64,000 nucleotides of DNA from Cyanophyceae cyanobacterium (GTDB lineage: Bacteria; Cyanobacteriota; Cyanobacteriia; Cyanobacteriales; JAAUUE01): positions 1,197 to 65,196 of the forward strand of contig JBBQFK010000001.1 of assembly GCA_038321825.1 (NCBI GenBank), in the 5' to 3' direction. The translations under genes and the position numbers were made by a program. Shown piece after piece: positions 45,095 to 56,461 of this stretch. Position 1 is the first letter of the stretch. Each line of letters begins with the position of its first letter. The notes beneath the pieces were generated by a model. The model was not told the DNA's origin, made no database searches, and worked only from the letters and a program-made list of their open reading frames with translations.

Positions 45095-48000
45095 TTAGTT
45101 GGGAGAGAGAGTCCGGCGCTTGGCAATCATCCGGAAAGCATCGATCGTATCGCCAACTACCCAGTCATTAAAGCGATCAATACCGATCCCGCACTCATAA
45201 CCAGTATTAACTTCCTTGGCATCATCCTTCATCCGTTTTAGGGAATCCAAATTGCCTTCGAATACCAGTTGATTGCCCCGACGGACTCGGACACTACAGT
45301 TACGAGCTACCTTCCCATTCAGGACATAACACCCAGCCACGGCATTGCGTCCTACAGTAAATACCGCCCGGACTTCGGCTTGTCCTAGGGTTTCTTCCAC
45401 CTGCTCTGGTTCTAGCAATCCTTCCATCGCCCCTTGGATATCGTCGAGGAGTTTGTAAATAATGCTGTACTCCCGGACATCTACCCCTAGCTGTTCGATC
45501 GCCTGCCGAGCAGAACCCACGGGCGAAGTATTGAAGCCAATCACCACCGCTCCACTAGCTGCGGCTAGGTCAATATCCGTTTGGGTAATTTCTCCCGCCG
45601 TTGCCAACAGTACCCGAATTTGGACTTCGTTTTGAGGTAGTTGTTGAATAGAGCCAAGAATTGCTTCCACCGAACCTTGGACATCGGCTTTGAGGATCAA
45701 GTTTAGTTCCTTGAGTTCCCCTTCCGCTGCCTTGGCAGAAAGACTATTGAGAGTTACCCGGCGAGAAGCCATTTGTTGTTGTAGTCTGGTTTCCCGTTGA
45801 GTTTCGCCCCGTTGATCGGCGATCGCTCTAGCATCTTTTTCACTCTCGAAGACTTCAAACTCATCCCCGGCGGCAGGAACATCGCTGAGACCCAAGAGTT
45901 CCACCGCAAAGGAAGGACCCGCATCCTTGATTGGCTCGCCTCGATCGTCCACCATGGCTCGGACTTTCCCAAATACCGAACCCGCCACTAAGCTATCGCC
46001 CAAGCGTAAGGTTCCATTTTGGATCAAGAGAGTCGCCACCGGACCTTTATTTTTATCTAGGTTTGCCTCAATAACTGTCCCCTTGGCTGGGCGTTCGGGG
46101 TTAGCCATCAGTTCTTCCACATCGGCGACTAACAGGATCATCTCCAAGAGGGTATCCAGATTTTCGCCCTTGATGGCACTAACGGGAACCATGATCGTAT
46201 CACCACCCCATTCTTCTGGTTGCAAGCCTCGATCGGTCAACTCCTGTTTTACCCGGTCTGGTTGCGCCCCGACTTTATCAACTTTGTTGATTGCTACAAT
46301 AATTGGCACTCCAGCAGCCTTGGCATGACTGATCGCCTCAATGGTTTGGGGTTGGACACCATCATCCGCCGCAACTACAAGAATGGCAATATCCGTTACC
46401 CTTGCGCCTCTAGCCCGCATGGCAGTGAAGGCTTCGTGACCGGGAGTATCAAGGAAGACCACCTGTTGCATCTTGCCCTCATGCTCCACATCCACATGGT
46501 AAGCACCAATGTGCTGGGTAATCCCCCCTGCCTCTCCCTGGGCAACCTTGGTCGATCGAATCGCATCCAAGAGAGTAGTTTTCCCGTGGTCTACGTGACC
46601 CATGATAGTAACTACGGGCGGACGACGTTGGAGACTTTCCAGATCGCTGACTTCGATCATCTCCGTTATCTTCGTAGCGGGAGCCGTGACCACTGCCATA
46701 TCGACAATGACCCCAAACTCCTCCGCCACCATCTTGGCTGTATCTAGCTCTAGGGTCTGGGTAATACTAATGGCAATGCCCTTAAAGAAGAGATTTTTAA
46801 TGATCTCAGTTTCTGGCACATTGATCATAGCGGATAAATCCCGGACAGTTAAAGAACCAGAAAGGGTAGCAAATTCTGCTGGCTGGTCATTTTTCTTGTC
46901 TTGACGGCGTTCCCGTGGTTCAGATTTACGATCTGTTTTCAGGGTTGGTTTTTTCTTCGTAGCAACAGCGATCGGGGCGCTAGGGCTGCTATTATTTTCC
47001 TGTTTGGGACGGGGCGGACGAGCCACTGACAGGCTAACTACCATCGGTGCATCACCGTCTTCTAGGTCATCTAGATCATCCTCATCATCTTCTTCAAAGG
47101 CATCCTGCAAGCGACGCTTTGCTTTGGTTTTCTTGGCATTTTCCTTTTCTTCTTCCTCTTCTTCCCACTGCTTTTTCTTGCTCACCATCTTGGGAGGCAG
47201 AGGACGCTTGAGGTTGAGACTAGGTGTTGCTTCACCACCAACTTTAGCTGCGGCTGGATCGGTTTCGCTAGGCTGGGGGCGACGTTGGGGGCGTTGGAGC
47301 TCCAATACTGGACGAGTCACCTTGGCGGCTTCTCCTTCTCCCCGGTTCGGACGATTGGGGCTAAGTTTTTCTCCGGCTCGTGGTCTTGCTTCCGAAGTCT
47401 TTGATTTAATCTCTTCGCCGCCCTTGCGTTTGAGAACTGGACGCTCAAAATTATTCGTAGGGATTGATCGCTCCCTAGGTGGTGCTTCTAGCACAGGGAC
47501 TTCCGGAGCGTTGAGGGCAGGGGGAGGAGCAAGTTTCTCAGTTTGGCTGGGGTTGGGTTGATTTGGTTCCTCAACAGCTTGATTACTTGGCTGATTGATA
47601 GGCTCACTGATAGCCTGACTAGCTGCCTGACTAGCTGCCTGACTAGCTGGTGGAGTTGGTTGGGGAGATGTTTGTTCCCCTTGTCCATTTTGCCCAGAGA
47701 GCTGTTCAGGCTGTCCAGATTGTGTCGACAGAGCCTGGGGAGACTCGGCAACTGGGTTAGGTTGAGTAGGTTGGGGAGATTCCACCGGAGACTCAAGAGC
47801 TGGAGATTGCTCTGAGAGGTTGGCCGGGGGCGATTCTAGACGGTTGGGGGGATTGATCTGAGGTTTCAATTCTGGAACAGTGGGGGTAGAGGATGACTGG
47901 GGGCGATTTTTGGGGTCAATATCTTTTCTAAGGCGCACTTCGACAATTTGGGGTTTTTTTTCTAGAACTGGGCTGGGTGCAAGTTTGTTTCTAGAATCAT

Positions 48001-48202
48001 TTTTCTCGGCGATCGGGCGCTTGCGGAGTTTACCTACTGCTTTTTGGGCAGCCTCCCGGATACGATCGGCATCAGATTCAGAAATGGTGCTACTGTGGCT
48101 TTTGACGGCAATGTGCAGTTGCTCACAAATATTCAAAATGTCCTTGTTATCCAAGTTCAATTCTCGTGATAAATCGTAAATTCTTACTTTTAAATTATTC
48201 AT
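45095..48202 (-). CDS. infB: Translation initiation factor IF-2
   Basis: G-domain [20 protein letters not shown] and NKVDK. Long Pro/Gln/Glu-rich N-terminus. Confidence 0.95.
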   Translation of the reverse strand: MNNLKVRIYDLSRELNLDNKDILNICEQLHIAVKSHSSTISESDADRIREAAQKAVGKLRKRPIAEKNDSRNKLAPSPVLEKKPQIVEVRLRKDIDPKNRPQSSSTPTVPELKPQINPPNRLESPPANLSEQSPALESPVESPQPTQPNPVAESPQALSTQSGQPEQLSGQNGQGEQTSPQPTPPASQAASQAASQAISEPINQPSNQAVEEPNQPNPSQTEKLAPPPALNAPEVPVLEAPPRERSIPTNNFERPVLKRKGGEEIKSKTSEARPRAGEKLSPNRPNRGEGEAAKVTRPVLELQRPQRRPQPSETDPAAAKVGGEATPSLNLKRPLPPKMVSKKKQWEEEEEEKENAKKTKAKRRLQDAFEEDDEDDLDDLEDGDAPMVVSLSVARPPRPKQENNSSPSAPIAVATKKKPTLKTDRKSEPRERRQDKKNDQPAEFATLSGSLTVRDLSAMINVPETEIIKNLFFKGIAISITQTLELDTAKMVAEEFGVIVDMAVVTAPATKITEMIEVSDLESLQRRPPVVTIMGHVDHGKTTLLDAIRSTKVAQGEAGGITQHIGAYHVDVEHEGKMQQVVFLDTPGHEAFTAMRARGARVTDIAILVVAADDGVQPQTIEAISHAKAAGVPIIVAINKVDKVGAQPDRVKQELTDRGLQPEEWGGDTIMVPVSAIKGENLDTLLEMILLVADVEELMANPERPAKGTVIEANLDKNKGPVATLLIQNGTLRLGDSLVAGSVFGKVRAMVDDRGEPIKDAGPSFAVELLGLSDVPAAGDEFEVFESEKDARAIADQRGETQRETRLQQQMASRRVTLNSLSAKAAEGELKELNLILKADVQGSVEAILGSIQQLPQNEVQIRVLLATAGEITQTDIDLAAASGAVVIGFNTSPVGSARQAIEQLGVDVREYSIIYKLLDDIQGAMEGLLEPEQVEETLGQAEVRAVFTVGRNAVAGCYVLNGKVARNCSVRVRRGNQLVFEGNLDSLKRMKDDAKEVNTGYECGIGIDRFNDWVVGDTIDAFRMIAKRRTLSPN
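47614..47649. repeat. In-frame 12-nt tandem repeat (CCTGACTAGCTG)x3 inside infB (encodes ASQA x3)
   Basis: Read directly. Confidence 0.85.
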
Positions 48203-48631
48203 CCACTGTCCCCCGTTTTACTGAGCAATTGTTATTAATTCATAGTCACCTGTTTAGCTGAGATTATGATTATGGTATTTTTACTTCCCGTTTATCCTAG
48301 CCTCGATTCCCTGCTACTAAGAACTCTAAGAGTTGCCAGCCCAAGAAATCACAGTTAGGGTAACTGGGAAGTTAGCAAAATTTTTACCTCAAGGTAAGAC
48401 CTTTACCTTTCTATATTAACTACTGGCGGGCAATAATTTCAGAGAGCTTAAGGATTTCCCCTGAAATTTCCTAGAGTTTCTCAGGGGATCGCTTAATTTG
48501 GGGTAATTAGTTTGGGTAGTTAATCTTTCTTGTAGTTAATCTTATAGCTAATCTTATAGCTAATCTTCAAGAGTATCAGTGTAGATCATCCCCACCTTAG
48601 AGATTATTTAGTAGAGATTATTCAGCAGAGA

Positions 48632-51604
48632 CTATTCGGCTCCTTCGATCGGGGCAAAACCTTGACGCTGGATATTTTCAGTAATTACTCTCGGTTCGAG
48701 GAATTGTAAGAGATAGTCGGGGCCCCCAGCCTTGGAGCCGACTCCAGAGAGCTTGAAACCACCAAAGGGCTGGCGAGAGACGATCGCTCCTGTAATATTC
48801 CGGTTGATATAAAGATTGCCTACTTCAAAATTCGCCGCCGCCTGATCAATGTGGGAAGGAGTCCGGGAATAGAGTCCCCCCGTGAGGGCAAAGTCCGTAC
48901 TATTGGCAACTTCCAGAGCTTCAGCAAAATTCTGCACTCGGATGACGGCGAGGATAGGCCCAAAAATTTCTTCTTGGGCAATGCGGGCTTGGGGGGAAAC
49001 TTCGCTGAAAATCACCGGAGCCACGAAATAACCGGGGCTGGGGCTGGGCATTTCTAGGGCAACTTGGGCTTCAGTTTTGCCGATCGCAATGTATTCCTGC
49101 ATTTTTACCTGAGCCGGAGCATCGATCACGGGGCCCACCTTGGTACTGGGTAATTCTGCCGCTCCCACATTTAAGCTCTGGGTCGCCTCTACCAATCTCT
49201 CTAGGAAAGTGCCATAGATACTGTCGAGGACGATCGCCCGGGAACAGGCAGAGCATTTTTGCCCACTATAACCAAAGGCAGACTGGACAACCCCCTGCAC
49301 CGCTTGGTCGAGGTCAGCACTTTCATCAATGATGATGGCATTTTTGCCCCCCATTTCCGCAATTACTCGCTTCAGGTGTTTCTGTCCCGGTTGCAGCACC
49401 GCCGCTTCGGCATAAATCCGACAACCCACGGCTTGGGAACCTGTAAAGGCAATCACATGGGTATCCTTATGTTTTACCAAATAGGCTCCCACATCCCCGC
49501 CAACTCCCGGCACATATTGGAAGACACCCTTGGGGATCCCCGCTTCGAGGAGAATTTCTGTAAATTTGGCAGCAATTACCGAAGAAGTTTCGGCGGGCTT
49601 GAGGAGGGTACAGTTTCCGGCAACTAGAGCCGCTACGGTCATGCCCACGGCGATCGCTAGGGGAAAATTCCAAGGAGCAATCACCACGGCAATCCCTCTG
49701 GGTTGATAGATATAGCGGTTGGTTTCTCCGGCAATATCGTAGGCAACTCCCCCGTCTAGGCGTTCCATCTCGGTGGCGTAGTAATTACAAAAATCGATCG
49801 CTTCCGATACTTCCCCATCGGCTTCCCGCACTGGTTTACCAACTTCCAAAACCATCCATGCTGATAATTCGGCTCGGCGATCGGTCATGAGTTGGGCTGC
49901 TCGCCGGAGAATAGCCGCCCGTTCCGTAGCCGGAGTGTTTTTCCAAGCTGGGAACGCCGCCTTTGCTGCCACCATCGCCTGTTCAGCCTGCTCAATGCTC
50001 AATAAACCTATCTTGCCGATGACCTCGCTGGGTTGGGATGGGTTCACGGATTCCACCACATTTAAGGTATTGCGGTATTCCCCATTAATCAGGGGGAGGT
50101 AAGTTTTGCCCAGTTGTTCTCGCACGTACTGGAAAGCCTGCTCCGATCGATTACGTTCCGTCAAAATTGAATAATCCGTATCTTCAGCATTGGCAAACTG
50201 TTGGAGATTGCGGGTTAGATCGGTTTTTCCCGTTGCCACCGGGGGAGCCAGTAATTCCTCGATCGGGCGCTCTTCGAGATTTTGGCGGAGGAAGGAGCTA
50301 TTGGCAGTATTTTCCAACAGACGGCGAATCAAGTACGCCATGCCGGGGATCAGATCACCGTAGGGACAATAGACCCGGACACGGTAGCCTTTGTTGACGA
50401 TCGCCTTTGCTAGTTGGTCGCCCATGCCGTAGAGAACCTGCATTTCAAAACTCCGCCGGGGAATTTGCAGAGCCTCAGCAATCGCCATGGCCTTAGCTTG
50501 CGATCGAACATTATGACTACCAATGGCAACATAAACCGCTTGGTGATTTTCTAGCAATAGCTGGGTAATCCGTTCAAAGTTGAGATCCGTTTCTGCCTTG
50601 TCGTTATACACAGGCTGCGCCCAATCTTTTTGCAACACCTTAATGGTTTCCTGATCCCAGTAAGCACCCTTCACTAGGCGGATGGTGACGGGAGTCCCCC
50701 GATGTTTTGCCCAAGTAATCAGATCCGTGGCATCTTGGTAAGAATCCCGGAGGTAGGCTTGGACGGTCATGCCAATATCCGAGCGTTGCCGAAACTCTGG
50801 CTCTAGGAGTAATTCCTTGAGAATTTTTAGGGTAGTGTCCTTAAAGGCGTACTGCTCCATGTCAAAATGCACCGCCGCCCCCAGTTCCGCTGCTTTGCGT
50901 AAAAGAATCCGGAGGCGATCGCCCACTTTCTCTTGGCTACCCTGTTCATTGAGGGGATCAAACTGAGAATAAAACGCCGTCAGCTTTACTGATACTTGAA
51001 TCTTCGCTAGTTCTTCCTCTCCGGCTTTGTCTACTGCTGGTACCAACCCCCAATTTTTGGCAGCTTGGGTGAGTTGGGTAATCATGTCTAGGTAGCGATC
51101 GAGGTAAGATTGGGCTTCAGTTTCTGTAATTACTGCTTCCCCCAACAAATCCAGCGTAAACCCCATTTTATCCTTGCGAAGTTTTTCAATATTCCGCACT
51201 GCCTGTTGGATATTCTCCCCGGCAATATATTTTTTGGCTAGGGTTTCCACTGCTGTAGAGACGGTAGTAGCCGCAACTTGGGCGGGCATAGAATCCGCTT
51301 GGGTATAGTTCAAAATCCCCTTCAGGGCTGAGGGCAATTCTACCTGAGCTACCCCCAGATATTCCTGTAAATGTCGAGCGATTTCTGCCTTAGTTTTCAA
51401 GGCTGGCAAGGAATCAATAAACCGGAATAACTGCACCCGCAAGCCGGGGTTGCTCATCGTCCAACCCAGCAATTTGTCATCTAAACGCATCTGGTCTTGC
51501 ATCTGGGCAAAAAAGCTACGTTTCTCCCTCGTCGCTTGCAATAGTTCCTTGGCAATATCTTGGGTCTTGGCTTCGTAGGAACTGACGGACACTTGTACAA
51601 CCAC
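48632..51604 (-). CDS. putA: Bifunctional proline dehydrogenase / L-glutamate-gamma-semialdehyde dehydrogenase
   Basis: 990 aa: N-terminal PRODH barrel region and a C-terminal aldehyde dehydrogenase with EMGGKNAIIID and GQKCSACSR. Confidence 0.88.
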   Translation of the reverse strand: MVVQVSVSSYEAKTQDIAKELLQATREKRSFFAQMQDQMRLDDKLLGWTMSNPGLRVQLFRFIDSLPALKTKAEIARHLQEYLGVAQVELPSALKGILNYTQADSMPAQVAATTVSTAVETLAKKYIAGENIQQAVRNIEKLRKDKMGFTLDLLGEAVITETEAQSYLDRYLDMITQLTQAAKNWGLVPAVDKAGEEELAKIQVSVKLTAFYSQFDPLNEQGSQEKVGDRLRILLRKAAELGAAVHFDMEQYAFKDTTLKILKELLLEPEFRQRSDIGMTVQAYLRDSYQDATDLITWAKHRGTPVTIRLVKGAYWDQETIKVLQKDWAQPVYNDKAETDLNFERITQLLLENHQAVYVAIGSHNVRSQAKAMAIAEALQIPRRSFEMQVLYGMGDQLAKAIVNKGYRVRVYCPYGDLIPGMAYLIRRLLENTANSSFLRQNLEERPIEELLAPPVATGKTDLTRNLQQFANAEDTDYSILTERNRSEQAFQYVREQLGKTYLPLINGEYRNTLNVVESVNPSQPSEVIGKIGLLSIEQAEQAMVAAKAAFPAWKNTPATERAAILRRAAQLMTDRRAELSAWMVLEVGKPVREADGEVSEAIDFCNYYATEMERLDGGVAYDIAGETNRYIYQPRGIAVVIAPWNFPLAIAVGMTVAALVAGNCTLLKPAETSSVIAAKFTEILLEAGIPKGVFQYVPGVGGDVGAYLVKHKDTHVIAFTGSQAVGCRIYAEAAVLQPGQKHLKRVIAEMGGKNAIIIDESADLDQAVQGVVQSAFGYSGQKCSACSRAIVLDSIYGTFLERLVEATQSLNVGAAELPSTKVGPVIDAPAQVKMQEYIAIGKTEAQVALEMPSPSPGYFVAPVIFSEVSPQARIAQEEIFGPILAVIRVQNFAEALEVANSTDFALTGGLYSRTPSHIDQAAANFEVGNLYINRNITGAIVSRQPFGGFKLSGVGSKAGGPDYLLQFLEPRVITENIQRQGFAPIEGAE

Positions 51605-51711
51605 GGTAGTCTCTCTCTATTTTCAATACTTGCGGGTACTTCCCCCTAAGTTAAAATTCTACCGAATTTTTGCCGATCGTGGGCAGAGAGAATAGACAGA
51701 GAGAATATTAG

Positions 51712-52560
51712 TTAGCTAGCGCCCCAACTCAGTCGCCGGGAGTTATTGAGATCGTTATTGAGATCGTTATTTAGATTATTGAGGGGATTAAAGGTTTTAT
51801 TTTGAAGTTTCTGCTCGACGATCGCCTGAATTCCACTAAAAATCAGGTCTGGATCAATAACCAGTTGCCCTGACCAAGCGGGATCCAGTCCTTGGAGGTA
51901 TTTTTCAATAATCGGGGCATCACCACCCGTTAGGACAATTTTACTTTCAGGAAATTGTTGCTGCCAATCTTGGACAAAATCCCTTACCCCCGCCAACAGA
52001 GTATAAACTACGCCGCTCCGAATGGCTTCGATCGTACTCCTGCCCCACCGACTCGGCACATCAATCCGACTCCTGCCCAAAAAAGGTAGAGCCGCAGTTC
52101 CCCCCACCAGCGATCGTAACTGGAGATCCAATCCCGGTAAAATCGCCCCGCCGACCATTTCTAGCTGAGGTTTGGCTATACCCCCTGTGAAAGTCAGAGC
52201 TGTACCACCATCTACCACTAAGGAGGAAACCTGCCATTTTTCTAGGGCGGCATAAACTGCCAAGGCTCGATCGATCCCCAAACTAGAATACATCCCGTCT
52301 AAAGGCACATCATCAAGGACAATCTCACGGCTATTGGGATATTTACGCCAAATCTGAGTTTGTTGGGGAACCACAGAGGCGAAAAATAGGGGAATCTCTG
52401 GAGACTCTTTACCGGGAGGTTCTAGGGGCAGAAACTGCTGCCACGGATAGGTTTGCATTTCTAAGGAGTGGGGTGTATCCCACCTATTGACGAGGGCATG
52501 ATTGCGGAAGTATGCCCAGTGCGATCGAGAATTACCAATTACCAATCCTAACCAATCCAT
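51712..52560 (-). CDS. coaX: Type III pantothenate kinase
   Basis: LVIGNSRSHWAYF, VVDGGTALTF and LTGGDA. The C-terminal tail is extended by LNND repeats. Confidence 0.8.
   Translation of the reverse strand: MDWLGLVIGNSRSHWAYFRNHALVNRWDTPHSLEMQTYPWQQFLPLEPPGKESPEIPLFFASVVPQQTQIWRKYPNSREIVLDDVPLDGMYSSLGIDRALAVYAALEKWQVSSLVVDGGTALTFTGGIAKPQLEMVGGAILPGLDLQLRSLVGGTAALPFLGRSRIDVPSRWGRSTIEAIRSGVVYTLLAGVRDFVQDWQQQFPESKIVLTGGDAPIIEKYLQGLDPAWSGQLVIDPDLIFSGIQAIVEQKLQNKTFNPLNNLNNDLNNDLNNSRRLSWGAS
51742..51786. repeat. In-frame 12-nt tandem repeat (GTTATTGAGATC-like) x3.5 at the 3' end of coaX
   Basis: Read directly. Encodes LNNDLNNDLNN. Confidence 0.85.
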
Positions 52561-53155
52561 CGCTTACCATCCCTTAACTAGTAGAAAATACTGACTAATG
52601 ACTCTGCCGTGACCATGGCATAAAAATCTTTGCTTACAGATATTTACTGACTCCCTTAAGGCAAATCAGTACTAATTTTTCAGTTAATCAGGGTAGTAAA
52701 GATAAACAAGGTTTTTGCTCAACCAGCCTATTCTCAATATGTCTCTGCTCACCGAGCTACATCTCAAACGTCAAGGAATTAAAAATTTTATCCCTGATAT
52801 AGCTTTCATGACCAAGGCTGTGTATTTATTTCACTCAAAATTGCACCCCAAACAGCCCAAAATTTAGCTGAAATACCCTAATTTTCTGTTTTCCTGTTTT
52901 GTAGACCCCCGACTCAAGTTTGACAACATAAGTAATTGCTCAGTCACAACTTGGCAATAACTCAGTAATAACTCAGTAATAATCTCGGTAGACATTAACG
53001 TTTACAACTGAATTATTCCCCAACTATAGCAGTCTCTGGGGATTTACGGAACAACTGAGGGGTGTTAACCCTAGGACTGATTAGGGCAATTGGCAGTAAG
53101 TATCGTGCATTGGTTGGTGAATTTTAGGAATCTCAAGGGGTCTGAGCAACTAAAT

Positions 53156-54415
53156 CTAGGAAATGGATTTGGCTAGGGCTAGGAGTTGAAACCCTTGGGG
53201 ATAGACACCTTCAGTTTTGATGCGCTTAATATCTGCTTCGGAAATGGGGAGACTGAGTTTGGTTGCGATCGCCCGGACGACATCACCTCGATCGATAATT
53301 CCGGCTACAGTTTCGGCTGGAGAAAGGATTGTAATAAAATCTAGCTGCTTTTCCTCTAGGCTGTTGATCACGGTGACGAGGGAAGATTTTTCTGGCAGGG
53401 TAGGAATTTCTGTGAGGGGACGGACGATATCTCCCAAACTCTGCACATCCCATTCACTCCGCTCAATGACTTGTAGGGCATCGATGGGTACTAGACCCCG
53501 GTAACGACCATCGGCGGTGGCGTAGTAAGGAAAAGATTTCTGCACATCACTGAGGACATATTCTTCTGCAAAACTCCTTAGGGTCAGGTGAGCATCCACC
53601 ACTCGAAAATCCCTAGTCATGGTTTCGGCGGCGGTAATTTGTTGGATAGCTTGCTGGAGAGAGGTCACTTTGCTGTAGGAGTCGGCATTGCGGTAGATAA
53701 ATAAACCAATTAAAGAAAGCCAGATAGAACTGATTTGCCCATTGATCAATAACAAGCTCAAACCAAAGGCAATCCCCAATCCTCCTATAAACTTGCCACA
53801 GTTGGCTGCCCAGCGTACTGCCTTGAATCGATCGCCTGTCACCTGCCATACGAGAGCTTTGAGTACCTGTCCGCCATCGAGGGGCAATCCGGGAATCATG
53901 TTAAACACTGCTAAGACTAGATTGATTCTGCTCAAATCTGCCGCCAACAATTGCAGCACTGTATCCGTAGGTAAAAACTGGGCGATCGCTGCAAAAATAG
54001 CAAATAAAGCTAGGCTCACTGAGGGCCCGGCAACGGCTACACCAAAGGCTCCGAGGGGAGTTTTGGATTCTCGATCAATCGCAGCGACCCCGCCGAAGAG
54101 AAACAGAGTAATGGAGTTAACTTTAATTCCTTGGCGCAGCGCTACTAAACTGTGTCCCAACTCGTGAAGCAGTACCGAACCAAACAGCAACAGAGCCATC
54201 ACAAATCCCGCCACCCAAGAAATGTTGCCAAATCGGGGCAGAAAATCTAGAGCATTGATGACCGTGATGAAAATAACCACAAAGAACCACGAAGGATCTA
54301 AAAATAGGGGTATACCAAAAAGATTTCCCACCCGCCAGTTATTTTGCTGCATTAGTTTGAGTCCTGAGTTTGAATCCTGAGTAATAGACATATAAAGGGT
54401 ATTCGCATCAACCAA
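53156..54415 (-). CDS. M50 site-2 zinc metalloprotease with C-terminal CBS pair
   Basis: HELGHSL and FNMIPGLPLDGG motifs within TM segments. CBS-like C-terminal half. Start codon uncertain. Confidence 0.85.
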   Translation of the reverse strand: MVDANTLYMSITQDSNSGLKLMQQNNWRVGNLFGIPLFLDPSWFFVVIFITVINALDFLPRFGNISWVAGFVMALLLFGSVLLHELGHSLVALRQGIKVNSITLFLFGGVAAIDRESKTPLGAFGVAVAGPSVSLALFAIFAAIAQFLPTDTVLQLLAADLSRINLVLAVFNMIPGLPLDGGQVLKALVWQVTGDRFKAVRWAANCGKFIGGLGIAFGLSLLLINGQISSIWLSLIGLFIYRNADSYSKVTSLQQAIQQITAAETMTRDFRVVDAHLTLRSFAEEYVLSDVQKSFPYYATADGRYRGLVPIDALQVIERSEWDVQSLGDIVRPLTEIPTLPEKSSLVTVINSLEEKQLDFITILSPAETVAGIIDRGDVVRAIATKLSLPISEADIKRIKTEGVYPQGFQLLALAKSIS

Positions 54416-54649
54416 TACTCCTCATTGATTAAATTCCCTCTACTTCTTTTAGGATAAGCTATTTAACCTGAGTTCAGGATCGGATATCCCCCTAAATCCA
54501 CCTATCCTATGGGAAGGCAAAGCCTATAAAAAAGGAGACTTGAAGATTTGTTACCCCACTTTTTGTAGCTTTAGCTTCCCGAAGGGTAGGGGGGCAGGGG
54601 GGATCAAAATGTCGAAATGTAGCCTAAAAACCAAAACTTACAGCAAACC

Positions 54650-55453
54650 CTACCGGAATCTTTGCCGATTACCTTGATAGCGCAGAGATTCAGCAATTAG
54701 GGCAATCAAGCCAGAACCAAGGATTAATAAGACACTCAGGGCATTGATATCTGGTTTTACCCCAGTGCGGATGCGGCTAAAAATCTCCATGGGTAAGGTG
54801 TTGGAACCCGCCCCCGCCGTGAAGCTAGAAATCAAAAAATCATCCATGCTCAACACAAAAGAAAGAAGACATCCGGCAATAATTGCGGGGCTGAGTTCTG
54901 GTAAAAGTACCTTGATAAAGGCTTGGGTTGGTGTTGCTCCCAAATCTAGGGCAGCTTCTTCTAGATGGGGATCGAGGGAAGTTAGCCGGGAACCAACGAC
55001 GACGGCAACGTAAGCCAAGCAAAACACTACGTGGGCACCGATGATTGTCCCCAAGCTCAGGGGCAGTCCTACCACCGCTAGAAATACTAGAGTTGCTACT
55101 GCCATGGCAATATCTGGGATCACCACGGGGAGAATGCTCACACCCCGATAGAGTTTCCTGCCCCAGAATTTATATTTGGCTAGACCCACCGCCATCATGG
55201 TTCCCAACACTGCGGAAATGGCAACGGCAGCGATCGCCACCACCAAACTATTTTGCAGAGTCGCCAAGAGTCTACTATCACTGAGTAATTTCTCGTACCA
55301 TTTCAGGGTAAATCCTGACCATTGGGCGCTGTAGGCAGAGTCATTGAAGCTATAAAAACCAAGGACGGCGATCGGCAGGTACATATAACCAAACATCACC
55401 AAGGTAAAAATACTCTGCCAAGAAAAAATTGCCTTGAGGAAAGATGAATTCAT
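54650..55453 (-). CDS. ABC transporter permease (PotC/spermidine-putrescine-type)
   Basis: Six TM segments and an EAA-like loop, EEAALDLGATPTQAFIKVLLP. Confidence 0.8.
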   Translation of the reverse strand: MNSSFLKAIFSWQSIFTLVMFGYMYLPIAVLGFYSFNDSAYSAQWSGFTLKWYEKLLSDSRLLATLQNSLVVAIAAVAISAVLGTMMAVGLAKYKFWGRKLYRGVSILPVVIPDIAMAVATLVFLAVVGLPLSLGTIIGAHVVFCLAYVAVVVGSRLTSLDPHLEEAALDLGATPTQAFIKVLLPELSPAIIAGCLLSFVLSMDDFLISSFTAGAGSNTLPMEIFSRIRTGVKPDINALSVLLILGSGLIALIAESLRYQGNRQRFR

Positions 55454-55480
55454 GGGGAGTGTTCTAAAAGGTTTTCCTAG

Positions 55481-55507
55481 TTATGCTGATTATGCTGATT
55501 ATGCTGA
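55481..55507. repeat. 9-nt tandem repeat (TTATGCTGA)x3
   Basis: Read directly at the junction between the permease start and the exosortase-like stop. Confidence 0.85.
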
Positions 55508-56404
55508 ATTTTGTTGTTTATTTGGGTGTTTGTGCGGGTTCGATCGAGAAAAATCTAGCAAAAATTTACACAATACCCCCCAGATTAGCACAGCAAATAC
55601 CGGAAAAAGTTGCCCGCCCTGTCCTGTGTGCCAGTAGTTAAAAGCTAAGGGATAGGGAACGATCGCTGCCAAGACCGCTACCCGGATAGCATTAATAATA
55701 TAGGCAATCACCACTGCTACCATGGGGATGATCAATTTTTGACGGCGACTAGTGGGCAACAAGAAAATTCCGGCGAGCGACAATACCCACAATTGCAACA
55801 TCATATCTACTCCAGCACAGCCCCTAGCCACGATCACAGAATTATTTGCCGTGGGCAGGGCAGCACCAATGGTCAGGACAATTTCCTTTTGGATGTAGCC
55901 GAGGTGAGCATCGAAACCTAGACTTTGCAGCAAGAAATGGGAGAGGTTGGCAGTAATTGTTTCCCAGTCTGCGAGACGATGGACTAATCCGGGGGGCAGG
56001 GCAGTGAGGAGTGTGAGGGTTAATTCTTGTTTGTGTCGCTGTATTCCTCCAAATCCTGCCGCTATTAGACCCAAGCCTAGGCAGATCAAAAAGGGGGCAA
56101 ATCTAATAAATGTGTGATAACCAGTTAGAGAAAAACCCACTATGAGGACGATCTCCACGATTCCCCAACCCAGAATATTCGCCCCGGTATTTGCCCAATT
56201 ATTAAACCAGCGTAAATTTTCTTCTAGGGGTTGCTTTCTTTTTTCCCACACCAACAACCCGCAGACAAACCAGACAAGGATGCTGCTATTAATAAGAGTA
56301 GAATCATTGGGCTGGCGCAAGACCAGAGAAATATGAACAGCTATGAGGAGTGCTGCAAGGGCAAGTAATCTATAAAGTTTCCCAGAAAAAGTTTTAGACG
56401 GCAT
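55499..56404 (-). CDS. Exosortase-family intramembrane transpeptidase (cyanoexosortase-like)
   Basis: Polytopic 301 aa with the Cys/Arg/His signature in family order: ARGCAGVDMM, INAIRVAVL, NYWHTGQGG. Confidence 0.6.
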   Translation of the reverse strand: MPSKTFSGKLYRLLALAALLIAVHISLVLRQPNDSTLINSSILVWFVCGLLVWEKRKQPLEENLRWFNNWANTGANILGWGIVEIVLIVGFSLTGYHTFIRFAPFLICLGLGLIAAGFGGIQRHKQELTLTLLTALPPGLVHRLADWETITANLSHFLLQSLGFDAHLGYIQKEIVLTIGAALPTANNSVIVARGCAGVDMMLQLWVLSLAGIFLLPTSRRQKLIIPMVAVVIAYIINAIRVAVLAAIVPYPLAFNYWHTGQGGQLFPVFAVLIWGVLCKFLLDFSRSNPHKHPNKQQNSA

Positions 56405-56461
56405 GAAAAATAACCTATCCTCACTGCCAGTATTCAGAAAATTATAATTATAAAAACTATA

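Noticed and set aside
45754-47815. Cluster of plus- and minus-strand ORFs (up to 185 aa) overlapping infB
   Set aside because: infB is unambiguous (G-domain motifs). The overlapping ORFs are Ser/Arg/Gly-rich shadows of its low-complexity N-terminal region.
48203-48631. infB lacks the usual upstream nusA/ylxR; the 430-bp upstream region holds several short duplications (tagttaatctt, atagctaatctt, agagaYtattY)
   Set aside because: A gene-order difference alone is not evidence of anything unusual, and I could define no structured element. It is noted only as context.
52561-53155. 595-bp gene-free region between coaX and the M50 protease, examined for tRNA, sRNA, riboswitch or small ORFs
   Set aside because: I could see no tRNA-like T-arm/acceptor pattern, no recognisable riboswitch core and no convincing ORF. 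There is only an 11-nt duplication (aataactcagt x2). The function is left unassigned. cmscan or tRNAscan would be needed to be sure.
54480-54620. C-run/G-run pair (ccccctaaatcc ... ggggggcaggggggatc) resembling remnants of a cyanobacterial palindromic repeat
   Set aside because: The arms are too short and imperfect to define an element or a hairpin confidently from this single copy.
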